A stretch of DNA of 64,000 nt from an uncultured Ruthenibacterium sp. (GCA_944386565.1 CALXBO010000006.1:113-64112), one strand, 5' to 3'; shown: positions 1 to 10,719, numbered from the stretch's first letter. The notes: generated by a model from the letters alone, not told the origin. Numbers and translations: made by a program.

Positions 1-25
1 GTATGTGTGTTGAAGGAGGACATCC

Positions 26-904
26 ATGATATTGAGTATGACGGGTTTCGGCCGCGCCCAGAAAGTTCTCAACGGCCGCGACATCACTGTGGAAATCAAG
101 AGCGTCAATTCACGCTTTTTTGAGTACTCTTCCCGCATGCCCCGCAGCTGTTCGTTTCTGGACGACAAGCTGAAAAAACTGCTCAACGAGAGCATTTCGC
201 GCGGCAAGGTGGAGCTCTCTCTGTCGGTGCAGAGCATCGACGCGCAGGACACCGTAGTCGAGCCCAATCTGGAGATGGCGCGCGGGTATCTGGAAGCCAT
301 CCGTCAGATGAGTGTGACGCTCGGCGTGCTGAACGACGTGACGGCAATGAGCCTTGCCAGAATGCCGGATATCTTCACCATCCGCAAAGCGGAAAAGGAC
401 GAGGAGCAGTTCTGGCAGGATGTGCGCGAGGTGGCGCAGCAGGCGGTGGAGAATTTCCTTGCCATGCGCGCGGCCGAGGGCGTTAAGCTGAGGGAGGACG
501 TTCTCTCCCGTCTCGACACGCTGGAACAGTACGTCGGAACGGTGGAGGAGAGCAGCGCGGTGCGCGTTCAGAAATACACCGAGAAACTGTATGCCCGCCT
601 GAAGGCCGTGCTCGAGGACCGCACGGTGGACGACGCGCGCGTGCTCACGGAAGCCGCTCTGTTTGCGGACAAGACGGCGGTGGATGAGGAGACCGTGCGT
701 CTGCGCAGCCACATCGCACAGTACCGCGACATGCTGTCCATGGCGTCTCCCATCGGCAAGAAGCTCGATTTCCTCACGCAGGAACTCAACCGTGAGACGA
801 ACACGATCGGTTCGAAGTGCAGCGACGTGGCCATCACGCGCGTCGTTGTGGAGATGAAGGGCGAGATCGAAAAGATCCGAGAGCAGATCCAGAACATCGA
901 GTAA
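26..904 (+). CDS. yicC: YicC-family stress-induced protein (YloC-like)
   Basis: 292-aa ORF with an N-terminal [11 protein letters not shown] signature and a C-terminal [17 protein letters not shown] motif typical of the YicC family. It is the first gene of the conserved ylo cluster. Confidence 0.85.
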   Translation: MILSMTGFGRAQKVLNGRDITVEIKSVNSRFFEYSSRMPRSCSFLDDKLKKLLNESISRGKVELSLSVQSIDAQDTVVEPNLEMARGYLEAIRQMSVTLGVLNDVTAMSLARMPDIFTIRKAEKDEEQFWQDVREVAQQAVENFLAMRAAEGVKLREDVLSRLDTLEQYVGTVEESSAVRVQKYTEKLYARLKAVLEDRTVDDARVLTEAALFADKTAVDEETVRLRSHIAQYRDMLSMASPIGKKLDFLTQELNRETNTIGSKCSDVAITRVVVEMKGEIEKIREQIQNIE

Positions 905-914
905 GGAGAGCAGT

Positions 915-1187
915 ATGAAACTTATCAACATCGGTTTCGGAAACATGGTCAGCGCCAACCGCCTGATCGCCATTGTCAGTCCGGAGTCCGCGCCCATCAA
1001 GCGCATCGTGCAGGAGGCGCGTGACAAGGGCACGCTCATTGACGCGACGTACGGCCGCCGCACGCGCGCAGTGCTCATCACGGATTCGGACCATGTCATT
1101 CTGTCCGCGGTGCAGCCGGAGACGGTGGCGAACCGCTTCAGCGACCCGGATGAAGACGACGAAGAGGAAATGGAGGACGACGAATGA
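915..1187 (+). CDS. remA: RemA/DUF370 extracellular-matrix regulatory protein
   Basis: 90 aa, near-collinear with B. subtilis RemA ([24 protein letters not shown]...[26 protein letters not shown]). An acidic C-terminal tail is present. Confidence 0.9.
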   Translation: MKLINIGFGNMVSANRLIAIVSPESAPIKRIVQEARDKGTLIDATYGRRTRAVLITDSDHVILSAVQPETVANRFSDPDEDDEEEMEDDE

Positions 1188-1753
1188 ACCCGGAACGGTA
1201 TCTGCTGGTGGTCTCCGGACCGTCCGGCGTCGGTAAGGACACGGTCGTCCGCCGGATGAGGGAGCTGCATCCCGAGGTGGGCTTTTCCGTCTCCGCCACG
1301 ACGCGCGCGCCGCGCGAGGGCGAAGCGGACGGAGTGGATTATCACTTTCTGACCAAGGAGGCGTTTGAACGCCACATTGCGGACAACACTGTCGTTGAGT
1401 ACACCTGTTACTGCGGCAATTACTACGGCACGCTCTGCTCGGAGATCGAACCGCGCATGGAGCGCGGCGAGCCGGTCGTGCTGGTGATCGAGGTTGAGGG
1501 CGCGGAGAACATCAAGCGCAAATACCCCGAGTGCACCACGGTGTTCGTTCTGCCGCCCAGCCGCGAAGAACTCCGCCGCCGTCTGTCGGGGCGCGGAACG
1601 GAGGACGAAAAGACGATTGAAAAGCGTCTCGCCCGCGCGGACGAAGAGCTCGCGCTCGCAAAGACGTATGACCATACGGTCGTCAACGATACGCCCGACG
1701 CATGCGCGGGGGAGATCTACTCGATCCTCCGCAGCCGTCTGGCCGAGGGCTGA
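1184..1753 (+). CDS. gmk: Guanylate kinase
   Basis: 189 aa with P-loop [10 protein letters not shown] and guanylate kinase motifs. The ATGA start overlaps the remA stop. Confidence 0.95.
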   Translation: MNPERYLLVVSGPSGVGKDTVVRRMRELHPEVGFSVSATTRAPREGEADGVDYHFLTKEAFERHIADNTVVEYTCYCGNYYGTLCSEIEPRMERGEPVVLVIEVEGAENIKRKYPECTTVFVLPPSREELRRRLSGRGTEDEKTIEKRLARADEELALAKTYDHTVVNDTPDACAGEIYSILRSRLAEG

Positions 1754-1768
1754 CATCAGAAGGGAGGC

Positions 1769-4021
1769 GTGTTGCGTTTGTCACGCATTGCCGGTGTGGC
1801 CGTGAACAACGCCACGCTCTTTTTCGACAGGATCTATTCCTATCTCATTCCTCCGGAGCTGGAACCGCTCGTCGGTGTCGGCAGCATGGTGCTCGTGCCG
1901 TTCGGCTACCGCAGCCAGAAGGCGCGCATGGGCGTTGTGCTCTCGGTGGAGGACGGGGATGCAGCGAAGCTGAAATCCCTGTATGACGCCGCGCCCGAAT
2001 CGGCGCGCCTGTCCCCGGAGCTTCTGCGCCTGGTGCACGAATTGCACGACAAGACGTTCTGTACCTATTACGAGGCGGTCAAGGCAATTATCCCGTACGG
2101 CGCGCAGTACAAGGCGTCGTCAAAAGGCGGTTCGCCGAAGCTGGAAAAACAGATCACGCGCCACACCGAGCCGGTGTACACGCGCGCGAAGCGCCCGGAA
2201 AAACTCACCGAAAAGCAGGCCGCCGTCTGGGACATGCTCGCAGACGGCCCGCTGACGCAGGCGGAACTCGCATCGCGCGGCGCGACGCGCTCCGTGCTCG
2301 ACACGATGTGCAAACACGGCGTCCTGACGCGCGAACAGAGGGATAAAGGGCTTTCGCTTTACAGTTCCTATTCCCGCGATCCGGGCGAGATCACGCTCTC
2401 CGCGGCGCAGCAGGCGGCGTACGACCGGCTTGCGGCGCTGCAGACGGGACAGCCCGCCGCAGCGCTGCTGCACGGCGTCACATCCAGCGGAAAGACGCTC
2501 GTTTTCATCAAACTGATCGAGCGCACCATCCGCATGGGGCGGAAAGCACTGGTGCTCGTGCCGGAGATCTCGCTCACACCGCAGATGATCTACCGGCTCA
2601 AATCCGTGTTCGGCGAGCGCGTGGCCGTGCAGCATTCCGCGCTCTCGCACACAGAGCGGCTGCTCCAGTGGAACGAGATCCAGGCGGGCGGGGCCGACAT
2701 CGTCGTCGGGACGCGCAGCGCGGTGTTCGCACCGCTTGAAAACATCGGTCTCATCGTCATCGACGAGGAGCAGGAGCACACCTACCGCTCGGAGAATTCG
2801 CCGCGCTATTCCGCGCACGACATCGCCAAGCGCCGCGCCGCCGAGCACGGCGCACTGCTTGTGCTCGCCAGCGCCACGCCCTCGGTGGAGAGCTACTATG
2901 CCGCGCGCATGGGCCGGTATACATTGGTGGAACTGAAGGAGCGGTACAACGCGATGCCGCTGCCGCAGGTGGAACTGGTGGACATGCGCGAGGAGCTCGC
3001 CGCGGGAAACGCGGGCAGCATCTCCTCGCGCCTCGCGGGGGAGATCGAGCGCAATCTCGCAGCGAAAAAACAGACGATTTTACTGCTCAACCGCCGCGGC
3101 TACCGCACCGTGGGAATGTGCACGGGCTGCGGCGAGGTCATCAAGTGCGGCGGGTGCAGCGTGCCGATGGTGTACCACAAATCCGAGAACCGGCTTTTGT
3201 GCCACTACTGCGGCGCGAGCATTTCGCCCGTGCCGGAGACGTGCCCGTCGTGCGGGGAACGCATCAAATACACGGGCTTCGGCACGCAGCGCGTGGAGGA
3301 AGAACTCGCGGAGCGCTTTCCGTCCGCGCGCATCCTGCGCATGGATGCGGATTCCACTTCCCGCAAGGATTCCCACGAGACGATGCTCGGCGCGTTCGCG
3401 CGCGGGGAGTACGACATCATGGTCGGTACCCAGATGGTGGCGAAAGGGCTCGATTTCGAACGGGTGACGCTCGTGGGCGTGCTCGGCGTCGACCAGCTCC
3501 TCTTCGCTCAGGGGTACAAGGCATTCGAGAATGTATTTTCGCTCGTCACGCAGGTCATCGGACGCGGAGGACGCGCCGACAGTCCGGGGCGGGCGCTCAT
3601 CCAGACGGTGGACCCCGCGCACCCCGTGCTGAATCTTGCCGCAAGGCAGGATTACACGGCGTTTTACGAGCAGGAGATCCGGTTCCGCAAACTGAATCTG
3701 TACCCGCCGTTCTGCCGTCTGTGTCTCGTCGGCTTCTCGGGCGAGAATGAGGCGGATGTGGTCGCCGCGGCGTCCGCGTTTGCCGGGATGGTGCAAACGG
3801 TCAGCCGCACGATGCGCGACGTTCCGCTGCGCGTGCTCGGCCCTGCGCCCATGAACATCACGATGGTGGGCGGGCGCTACCGGTACAAGCTGACGCTCAA
3901 GTGCCGCGCCGACGCGTCGTTCCGCACGTTGATGCGCCGGGCGGCGGACGAATACCACAAGCAGGGACTGCCCGCGAAAGCGGCGCTGTATCTCGATTTA
4001 AATTCCGACGCGGACATCTGA
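1769..4021 (+). CDS. priA: Primosomal protein N' (replication restart helicase PriA)
   Basis: 750 aa with Walker A GVTSSGKT, a DEEQ (DEAH-like) box and a Cys-rich zinc-binding insert (CTGCGEVIKCGGC...CHYCG...CPSCG). The start is GTG 1769 or TTG 1772. Confidence 0.9.
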   Translation: MLRLSRIAGVAVNNATLFFDRIYSYLIPPELEPLVGVGSMVLVPFGYRSQKARMGVVLSVEDGDAAKLKSLYDAAPESARLSPELLRLVHELHDKTFCTYYEAVKAIIPYGAQYKASSKGGSPKLEKQITRHTEPVYTRAKRPEKLTEKQAAVWDMLADGPLTQAELASRGATRSVLDTMCKHGVLTREQRDKGLSLYSSYSRDPGEITLSAAQQAAYDRLAALQTGQPAAALLHGVTSSGKTLVFIKLIERTIRMGRKALVLVPEISLTPQMIYRLKSVFGERVAVQHSALSHTERLLQWNEIQAGGADIVVGTRSAVFAPLENIGLIVIDEEQEHTYRSENSPRYSAHDIAKRRAAEHGALLVLASATPSVESYYAARMGRYTLVELKERYNAMPLPQVELVDMREELAAGNAGSISSRLAGEIERNLAAKKQTILLLNRRGYRTVGMCTGCGEVIKCGGCSVPMVYHKSENRLLCHYCGASISPVPETCPSCGERIKYTGFGTQRVEEELAERFPSARILRMDADSTSRKDSHETMLGAFARGEYDIMVGTQMVAKGLDFERVTLVGVLGVDQLLFAQGYKAFENVFSLVTQVIGRGGRADSPGRALIQTVDPAHPVLNLAARQDYTAFYEQEIRFRKLNLYPPFCRLCLVGFSGENEADVVAAASAFAGMVQTVSRTMRDVPLRVLGPAPMNITMVGGRYRYKLTLKCRADASFRTLMRRAADEYHKQGLPAKAALYLDLNSDADI

Positions 4022-4051
4022 TCCGCGCCGTGTCAACAGGAGGCTTTTGTT

Positions 4052-4582
4052 ATGGCTTTGAGAAATATTGTACAGGACGGCGACCCCATCCTGAAGAAGA
4101 AATGCCGCCCCGTCACGAAGTTTGACGACCGTCTGGCCGAGCTGCTGGACGACATGCGCGAGACACTCGCCGACGCCGAGGGCTACGGCCTTGCCGGCCC
4201 GCAGGTCGGTATGCTGCGCCGCGTGTTCATCAGCGTGGACGAGCGCGACCTGCCCGAGGACGGCGAGCGCCCGGAGAACTACGAGACGAAGTATCTCGAG
4301 TTCATCAACCCCGAGATCCTCTCGACGGAGGGCGACGTGTTCCAGTACGAGGGCTGCCTGTCCTTCCCGGGCCACAACGGCGCGGTGCACCGCCCGGCGA
4401 AAGTCGTCGCCCGCGCGTTTGACCGCAACGGCGAGGAATTCACGATCGAGGCCACCGGGATGCTTGCGCGCTGCATCTGCCACGAGAACGATCATCTCGA
4501 CGGCATCACGATCATGGACCGCGCCGAGTATTTCTATGAGGACGTCGAGCACGACGAAGAAGAGGAAGAGACGGAAGAATGA
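4052..4582 (+). CDS. def: Peptide deformylase
   Basis: 176 aa with GLAGPQVG, EGCLSFPG and HENDHLDG metal-binding motifs, plus an unusual acidic C-terminal tail (DEEEEETEE). Confidence 0.95.
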   Translation: MALRNIVQDGDPILKKKCRPVTKFDDRLAELLDDMRETLADAEGYGLAGPQVGMLRRVFISVDERDLPEDGERPENYETKYLEFINPEILSTEGDVFQYEGCLSFPGHNGAVHRPAKVVARAFDRNGEEFTIEATGMLARCICHENDHLDGITIMDRAEYFYEDVEHDEEEEETEE

Positions 4583-5502
4583 GGATCGTATTCATGGGCA
4601 CGCCGGATATTGCGGCGCACTGTCTGGAGGCGCTGCTCGCGTGCAAACAGCATGAGGTCTGCGCCGTGTACACGCGGGAGGACAAGCCCGTAGGCCGCAA
4701 GCAGATCCTGACCGCGCCGCCCGTCAAGCAGGTCGCGCTCGCGAGCGGCATCCCCGTCTGCCAGCCGAAGACTCTGCGCACGGAAGACGCGGCCGAGACG
4801 CTGCGCTCGTTTGCGCCGGATCTCGTGGTGGTGGTGGCCTACGGCCGCATCCTGCCGCCGGAGGTCCTGAGCGTGCCCCGGTACGGCTGCATCAACCTGC
4901 ACGTGTCGCTGCTGCCCAAATACCGCGGCGCTGCGCCCGTGCAGTGGGCGGTGCTCAACGGCGACCGGGAGACCGGTGTGACGATTATGCAGCTGGACGA
5001 AGGGCTCGACACCGGCGATATCCTCGCGGTGGAAAAGCTTGCGATCGGCGAAGAAGAGACGAGCGGCGAGCTGTTTGAGCGCGTGACGCAGACCGGCGCG
5101 CAGCTTCTTGTGAAGACGGTCGGCGACATTGCGCGCGGCGACGTGCACCCCGTCCCGCAGGACGACGCGCAGGCGACGCTCGCGCCGCCGCTCACAAAGG
5201 AGATGGCGCACTTCGATTTCAGCGCGCCCGCGTCGAAGCTCCACTCGCTCATCCTCGGGCTGAACCCGTGGCCGGCGGCGTATTTTGACCACGCCGGGAA
5301 AAAAGTGAAGGTGCTCCGCGCCCGCATTGCACCCCAGAGCGGCGCTCCCGGCACGGTGCTGGCGGCAAAGCCGCTCACGGTCGCCTGCGGAGAGGGCTCG
5401 CTCATTCTGGACGAGGTCGTCCCGGAGGGCAGCCGCCCGATGGAGGGCAGCGCCTGGGCGGCAGGGCGGAGATTCCGCGCGGGGGACAGCGTCTATGGCT
5501 GA
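4579..5502 (+). CDS. fmt: Methionyl-tRNA formyltransferase
   Basis: 307 aa with N-terminal MRIVFMGTPD and the HVSLLPKYRGAAP motif. It overlaps the def stop. Confidence 0.95.
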   Translation: MRIVFMGTPDIAAHCLEALLACKQHEVCAVYTREDKPVGRKQILTAPPVKQVALASGIPVCQPKTLRTEDAAETLRSFAPDLVVVVAYGRILPPEVLSVPRYGCINLHVSLLPKYRGAAPVQWAVLNGDRETGVTIMQLDEGLDTGDILAVEKLAIGEEETSGELFERVTQTGAQLLVKTVGDIARGDVHPVPQDDAQATLAPPLTKEMAHFDFSAPASKLHSLILGLNPWPAAYFDHAGKKVKVLRARIAPQSGAPGTVLAAKPLTVACGEGSLILDEVVPEGSRPMEGSAWAAGRRFRAGDSVYG

Positions 5503-6802
5503 CGCGCGGCGCGCCGCGGTGGCGGCGCTGATGAAGCAGGAACAGAACGGGTACTCGAATCTCGTTCTGAAGAGCGCTCTTGCGCATTTTCCGGGCGACG
5601 CGAGGGAAAAAGCGTTCGTCTCCGCCGTGTTCTACGGTGTGACGGAGCGGATGCTGACCATCGACTACTGCCTTGGGCTCTTTTTGAAGAAACCGCTGAA
5701 CAAACTGGACCCGGCCGTGCGGGCGATTCTGCGCGCCGGGCTGTATCAGGTTCGCTGGATGGACAGCGTCCCGGCGCACGCCGCCGTGAGCGAGTCCGTC
5801 CGGCTGTGCCGCTCGATGGGCAAATCGAGTGCCGCGGGGCTCGTCAACGCGGTGCTCCGCCGCGCGGGCAGCGTTGATGTGGAGCACGCTTCGTTCGACA
5901 CGCCGCAGCAGCGGCTGAGCGTTCTGTACAGCGTCTCTCCGTCCGTGCTCCGTTGCCTTGAGAAATCACTCGGCGGGGATACGGAGCGCTTTTTGCAGGC
6001 GCAGGGCGTTCCGCCGCGGCTGTGCGTGCGCGTGAACACGCTGAAAACGACGGCGCGCGATCTGACGGCGGCATTGGAACGGGAAGGCGTTTCGGTGGAG
6101 CGCGGATTTGACGAAAACTGCCTGTATCTCGGCATGCACGGGGATGTGGCTTCTCACCCGCTGTTCCGGGAGGGAATGTTCCACGTCCAGAGCGAGGCCT
6201 CGCAGTTCGCGTGCGCGCTGCTTGGCGCAAAGCCGGGGCAGACGGTGCTCGACGCCTGCGCCGCGCCGGGCGGAAAGAGCGCGACGCTGGCGCAGTACAT
6301 GGAGAACCGCGGAACGCTGATCTCCCGCGACGCCGCGCCGAACCGCGTGCCGCTCATCGACGAGACGTTCCGGCGGCTCGGCATCACCTGCGGACGAACG
6401 CTGTGTGCCGATGCGTCCGAGCCCTCCGATCCGCCCGTGCAGGCCGACGCGGTTCTGTGCGACGTGCCGTGTTCCGGTCTCGGCGTCATGGCCAAGAAGC
6501 CGGACATCCGCTATAAGGACGTCTCCGACCTTGCGCCGCTGTGCGAACTTCAGAAAAAAATCCTCACCGCTTGCGCAAAATGCGTGAAACCGGGCGGCAG
6601 GCTCGTATATTCCACGTGCACAGTCAACCGGGATGAAAACGAAGCGGTGGTCGAATCGTTCTTAAAGGAGAACCCTGATTTCGCATACGGCAGCATTTCA
6701 GCCGCTCCGGACGGCGCGCACGCCGCCGGAGGGTGCGTAAATTTTAACACTTTTGACATCAAAACCGATGGTTTTTTCACAGCCATCCTGGAAAGATTGT
6801 GA
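5495..6802 (+). CDS. rsmB: 16S rRNA (cytosine967-C5)-methyltransferase RsmB/Sun
   Basis: NusB-like N-terminal domain plus a SAM methyltransferase domain (DACAAPGGKS, DVPCSGLGV, YSTCT). ATG 5495 was chosen because it overlaps the fmt stop (ATGGCTGA); the ORF-track start at 5327 lies inside fmt. Confidence 0.9.
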   Translation: MADARRAAVAALMKQEQNGYSNLVLKSALAHFPGDAREKAFVSAVFYGVTERMLTIDYCLGLFLKKPLNKLDPAVRAILRAGLYQVRWMDSVPAHAAVSESVRLCRSMGKSSAAGLVNAVLRRAGSVDVEHASFDTPQQRLSVLYSVSPSVLRCLEKSLGGDTERFLQAQGVPPRLCVRVNTLKTTARDLTAALEREGVSVERGFDENCLYLGMHGDVASHPLFREGMFHVQSEASQFACALLGAKPGQTVLDACAAPGGKSATLAQYMENRGTLISRDAAPNRVPLIDETFRRLGITCGRTLCADASEPSDPPVQADAVLCDVPCSGLGVMAKKPDIRYKDVSDLAPLCELQKKILTACAKCVKPGGRLVYSTCTVNRDENEAVVESFLKENPDFAYGSISAAPDGAHAAGGCVNFNTFDIKTDGFFTAILERL

Positions 6803-6806
6803 TACA

Positions 6807-7847
6807 ATGAGTAAGACCCCGATCACGTCCATGACGGAAGAGCAGCTGGCTGCGTTCGTAAAGGAAAACGGATGGCCCGCGTTCCGCGCCAGACAGATTT
6901 TTTCCTGGCTGCACGCGAAAGGCGCGAATTCGTTTGACCAGATGACGGATCTGCCCAAAACGATGATCGCGCAGCTCGAAGAGACGTGCGTCATCGAGCG
7001 CCTGACGGTGGAGCGCGTGCAGAAGTCGAAGGACGGAACCGAGAAATATCTCCTCGGCCTCGCCGACGGCAACTGCATCGAGACGGTTCTGATGCGCTAC
7101 GAATACGGAAACACGGTCTGCGTCTCGTCGCAGGTCGGCTGCCGCATGGGCTGCCGCTTCTGTGCGTCGACGCAGGGCGGGCGCGTGCGCAACCTCACGG
7201 CCGGCGAGATCGCGGACGAGGTCTACACCGCCGCGCGGGAGACCGGCGAGCGCGTTTCCCACATTGTTCTGATGGGAATCGGCGAACCGCTCGACAACTT
7301 CGACAACGTGATGGATTTCCTTTCCATCATCTCGTCGGACAAGGGCGTCAACATCGGAATGCGCAACATCAGCCTCTCCACCTGCGGCCTCGTGCCGATG
7401 ATCGGGAAGCTGGCCGAGCGCCATCTCGGGCTGACGCTGTCGGTCTCGCTGCACGCTCCGGTCAACGAGATGCGGTCTTCCATGATGCCTGTGAACGATG
7501 CGTACCCGCTGGAAAAACTGATTCCGGCCTGCCGTGCGTATCAGAAAGAGACGGGGCGCCGCATCAGCTTCGAGTATTCGATGGTGCGCGGCGTCAATGA
7601 CAGCCCGCAGACAGCGGCGAAACTGGCGTCGCTCATCCGCGGGATGGGCGCGCATGTGAACCTTATTCCCATCAATCCGGTGGACGGCTCTCCGTACTCC
7701 GCCACGGATGCGGCGAATGTGCGCCGCTTCCAAAAGCAGCTTCAGGATCTCGGCGTCAACGCCACGGTGCGCCGCCGGCTCGGAACAGACATCAGCGCGG
7801 CGTGCGGACAGCTCCGGCGTGAGGCGCAGAAAGGGGGAGGCGCGTGA
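6807..7847 (+). CDS. rlmN: 23S rRNA/tRNA (adenine2503-C2)-methyltransferase RlmN (radical SAM)
   Basis: Radical-SAM CxxxCxxC motif (GCRMGCRFCAS) and a conserved C-terminal GTDISAACGQL. The start is set at ATG 6807, just after the rsmB stop. Confidence 0.95.
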   Translation: MSKTPITSMTEEQLAAFVKENGWPAFRARQIFSWLHAKGANSFDQMTDLPKTMIAQLEETCVIERLTVERVQKSKDGTEKYLLGLADGNCIETVLMRYEYGNTVCVSSQVGCRMGCRFCASTQGGRVRNLTAGEIADEVYTAARETGERVSHIVLMGIGEPLDNFDNVMDFLSIISSDKGVNIGMRNISLSTCGLVPMIGKLAERHLGLTLSVSLHAPVNEMRSSMMPVNDAYPLEKLIPACRAYQKETGRRISFEYSMVRGVNDSPQTAAKLASLIRGMGAHVNLIPINPVDGSPYSATDAANVRRFQKQLQDLGVNATVRRRLGTDISAACGQLRREAQKGGGA

Positions 7848-8596
7848 GGATCGCAGCCAAAACAGATATCGGGCATCAGCGCAGCGAGAATCAGGACAGT
7901 TACCGCGCGGGCCGGCAGTCGGACGACACGGTCTGGGCGGCCGTATGCGACGGCATGGGCGGCGCAAAGGGCGGCAAAGTGGCCTCCACCATAGCCTCTG
8001 CAACGCTGGAGGAGTGGTTCATCGAGCACATCGACGACACCCGCACGGCGGAAGATGTGCGCGAGTGCATGGTCGAGGGAATCCGCCTGGCGAATTCTGC
8101 GATTTATGCGACTTCAATGGACAACGCCGATCTGTCCGGCATGGGAACGACCGTTGTCTGCGTTGTGGTCCGGGGCGATGAAATGCAGGTCGCCCACGTG
8201 GGCGATTCCCGCGTGTATCTTCTGCGCGACGGCGTGATGCGCCTTCTGACGAGGGATCATTCCATCGTGCAGCAGCTTCTGGAAGACGGCTCCATCACGG
8301 AGCAGGAGGCGTTCAATCATCCGAAGCGCAACATCATCACCCGTGTTCTCGGTGTGGACGATGACGTGCTGGTGGACTGGATGCGCGTCCCGGTTCGGGA
8401 AGGGGACATTGCGCTGCTGTGCAGCGACGGCCTTTCCACCTATGTCCCGGACGCGGAGATCGAACACGTTCTGAACACCACGTCCTTTTATGAAATGCCC
8501 GACGCGCTCATTGAGAAAGCGCTGGATGCAGGAGGCGTGGATAATGTGACGGTCCTTCTGGTAAAGAAACAGGAGACGGAGGAAGAGAATGGATAA
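7844..8596 (+). CDS. prpC: PP2C-family Ser/Thr protein phosphatase (PrpC/Stp)
   Basis: 250 aa with PP2C motifs (TDIGHQRSENQD, VCDGMGG, GMGTT, DNVTV). GTG start with a GGGGGAGG RBS; it overlaps the rlmN stop. Confidence 0.9.
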   Translation: MRIAAKTDIGHQRSENQDSYRAGRQSDDTVWAAVCDGMGGAKGGKVASTIASATLEEWFIEHIDDTRTAEDVRECMVEGIRLANSAIYATSMDNADLSGMGTTVVCVVVRGDEMQVAHVGDSRVYLLRDGVMRLLTRDHSIVQQLLEDGSITEQEAFNHPKRNIITRVLGVDDDVLVDWMRVPVREGDIALLCSDGLSTYVPDAEIEHVLNTTSFYEMPDALIEKALDAGGVDNVTVLLVKKQETEEENG

Positions 8597-10670
8597 ATTC
8601 ATCGACAAGCGTCTGGACGGACGGTATCTGATCAAAGCACTGATCGGAGCCGGCGGCATGGCGAACGTGTACAAAGCGGTGGACCTGAAAGAGAACCGCC
8701 TCGTCGCCGTGAAGATCCTCAAAGAGGAATGCATGAAGAACGAGGAGCTCGTCCGTCGTTTTAAGAACGAGTCCAAGGCGATCTCGCTTCTGGATAATCC
8801 GCACATTGTCAAGGTGTACGACGTCAGCGTGACGGACAAACTCCAGTACATCGCGATGGAGTACGTCGACGGCATTACACTGAAGGAATACATGGAGTAC
8901 CGCAAGCAGCCGCTCACCTATAAGGAGACGCTGCACTTCATCACCCAGACGCTGGACGCTCTGCGTCACGCACACGAAAAGGGCATCGTTCACCGGGATA
9001 TCAAGCCCCAGAACATCATGCTTCTGGCCGACGGCAACATCAAGGTGATGGACTTCGGTATCGCGCGGCTCTCCCGCAGCGAAAACCAGACGATGACGGA
9101 CAAGGCCATCGGTTCCGTGCACTACATCAGCCCGGAACAGGCCAAGGGCGATGTCACGGACGCAAAGGCGGACATCTATTCGGTGGGCATCATGATGTAC
9201 GAGATGCTGGCCGGACGGCTGCCGTTCGACTCCGACAGCCCCGTGTCCGTTGCCATCAAGCAGATCTCGGATACGGCGGCGCCTCTGCGCTCGGTCAATC
9301 CGGCGGTGCCGGAAGCGCTTGAGGCGATCACGAACCGCGCCATGGCGAAAGAACCCGGCGAGCGGTATCAGTCTGCGGGCGAGATGCTGGCGGACATTGA
9401 GGCATTCAAACGCAATCCGAGCGTGAAATTTGAGTACGATTACCTCAAGGACACCGATCCGACAAGGTATATTGATAAAGTGGTGAATAAAACGGCTAGA
9501 ACAAGCAAGAGCCCGTCGTCGCAGTCCGGCCGCAGCCGGACGACGCGGTCCTCCCGTCCGTCGTCGGGCGGAGGGTCTTCCGCGGCGGCGAAACGAAAGA
9601 AAAAGAACAGCTTTTCCGAGATCTTCTCGCGATACAGCCTGCCGGTCCTCGCGGGTGTGGCGCTGGCGTTTGCCGTCGCGGCAAGCATTCTGGTGGTCAT
9701 GATCTTCAAGACGAACGCGAACGGTCTGTTTGCCGAGCGTGAAGATCTGGAGCTGCCCAACCTTGTCAACCGCATGTGGAGCGACGTCAAGAACGACGCG
9801 TCCCTGAGCAATTTCGTCATCAACGTGGACGAGGTTTACAGCGCCGACTATGAGGCGGGTACGATCATTTATCAGTCGCCCAAACCTCCGAAGACGGTCA
9901 AGGCGGGATCGACCATCAACATCCGTGTCTCAAAGGGCGCTGAGATCGTGACGGTCCCGAACATCATCGGCTGGACCAAAGAGGATGCGCAGGAAGAACT
10001 CGAAAATGCGGGCGTGACGTATATCATGCGCTCGCGCGTGGATTCCAGCGTCGCGGTGGGGCAGATCTGCGCCGTCACGTATCTGGATTCGAACGGAGCA
10101 GAGCAGGATGCGACGCACCAGCAGGTGTCTGCGTCCCAGACGATCACCGTGTATGTCAGCAAGGAAGAGATCGACACCAGCACGAGTGTGCCGACGGTCA
10201 TCGGCCTTGACGTGAACGACGCATATGATCTGATCGTAAACAAGCATCACCTGACGATCGGCAGCATCGAGACGGTGGACAACACGGCTCCGGCCGGCAC
10301 CGTGCTCAGCATCACGCCGGGCGAGAACACGCAGCTCAACTGGGGCGACGTGGTCACGCTGCAGGTCTCTTCGGGTCACGAGCACAGCTATGTGGAATCC
10401 GATATCATTACACCCGCGACGTGCACGCAGAACGGCAAGCGCTGGTACCGCTGTGCGTGCGGCGATGCCTATGAAGCGGAGTATGCAGCCGATCTGAACG
10501 ACGTCAGCGTGCACACCAAGGACGGTGTGTCCACGATTGATCCCAAGACGGGAACCTGCTCGCAGTGCGGTGCGCACAACGACGCATGGATCACGGATAC
10601 TTCTTCTTCGTCCTCTTCTTCGTCGTCCGCTCCGGCTTCGTCTTCCAGCAGTCAGCCGGCGACACCGTAA
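8589..10670 (+). CDS. prkC: Ser/Thr protein kinase PrkC with three extracellular PASTA repeats
   Basis: Hanks kinase motifs (GAGGMANVYKA, HRDIKPQN, DFGIA, SPEQ), one TM segment, three PASTA repeats, a His/Cys-rich module and a poly-Ser tail. Confidence 0.9.
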   Translation: MDKFIDKRLDGRYLIKALIGAGGMANVYKAVDLKENRLVAVKILKEECMKNEELVRRFKNESKAISLLDNPHIVKVYDVSVTDKLQYIAMEYVDGITLKEYMEYRKQPLTYKETLHFITQTLDALRHAHEKGIVHRDIKPQNIMLLADGNIKVMDFGIARLSRSENQTMTDKAIGSVHYISPEQAKGDVTDAKADIYSVGIMMYEMLAGRLPFDSDSPVSVAIKQISDTAAPLRSVNPAVPEALEAITNRAMAKEPGERYQSAGEMLADIEAFKRNPSVKFEYDYLKDTDPTRYIDKVVNKTARTSKSPSSQSGRSRTTRSSRPSSGGGSSAAAKRKKKNSFSEIFSRYSLPVLAGVALAFAVAASILVVMIFKTNANGLFAEREDLELPNLVNRMWSDVKNDASLSNFVINVDEVYSADYEAGTIIYQSPKPPKTVKAGSTINIRVSKGAEIVTVPNIIGWTKEDAQEELENAGVTYIMRSRVDSSVAVGQICAVTYLDSNGAEQDATHQQVSASQTITVYVSKEEIDTSTSVPTVIGLDVNDAYDLIVNKHHLTIGSIETVDNTAPAGTVLSITPGENTQLNWGDVVTLQVSSGHEHSYVESDIITPATCTQNGKRWYRCACGDAYEAEYAADLNDVSVHTKDGVSTIDPKTGTCSQCGAHNDAWITDTSSSSSSSSSAPASSSSSQPATP

Positions 10671-10687
10671 ATCCCGTTTGCGGGAGT

Positions 10688-10719
10688 GCCGCTGCGGCGG
10701 AATATCCTGCCGCAGCGGC
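10688..10719 (+). other. Perfect 11-bp GC-rich stem-loop without a U-tract
   Basis: GCCGCTGCGGC-ggaatatcct-GCCGCAGCGGC lies 18 nt after the prkC stop and has no T-run after it. Confidence 0.6.

Noticed and set aside
110-1756. A 548-aa ORF on the minus strand, antisense to yicC-remA-gmk. Similar very long antisense ORFs occur at 13620-15269, 14995-16596, 16875-18725, 31008-33182, 37478-39868, 43025-44884 (+) and 47260-49269.
   Set aside because: Each lies exactly opposite a well-supported conserved gene. Their translations are R/A/G/H-rich low-complexity sequences without motifs. Stop-free shadow frames are expected in GC-rich DNA with strong codon bias.
10605-10660. (TCN)n-like simple repeat that could be mistaken for a micro- or minisatellite.
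   Set aside because: It is in frame within prkC and encodes the poly-Ser tail (SSSSSSSSSSAPASSSSS). This is coding low complexity, not a separate repeat element.
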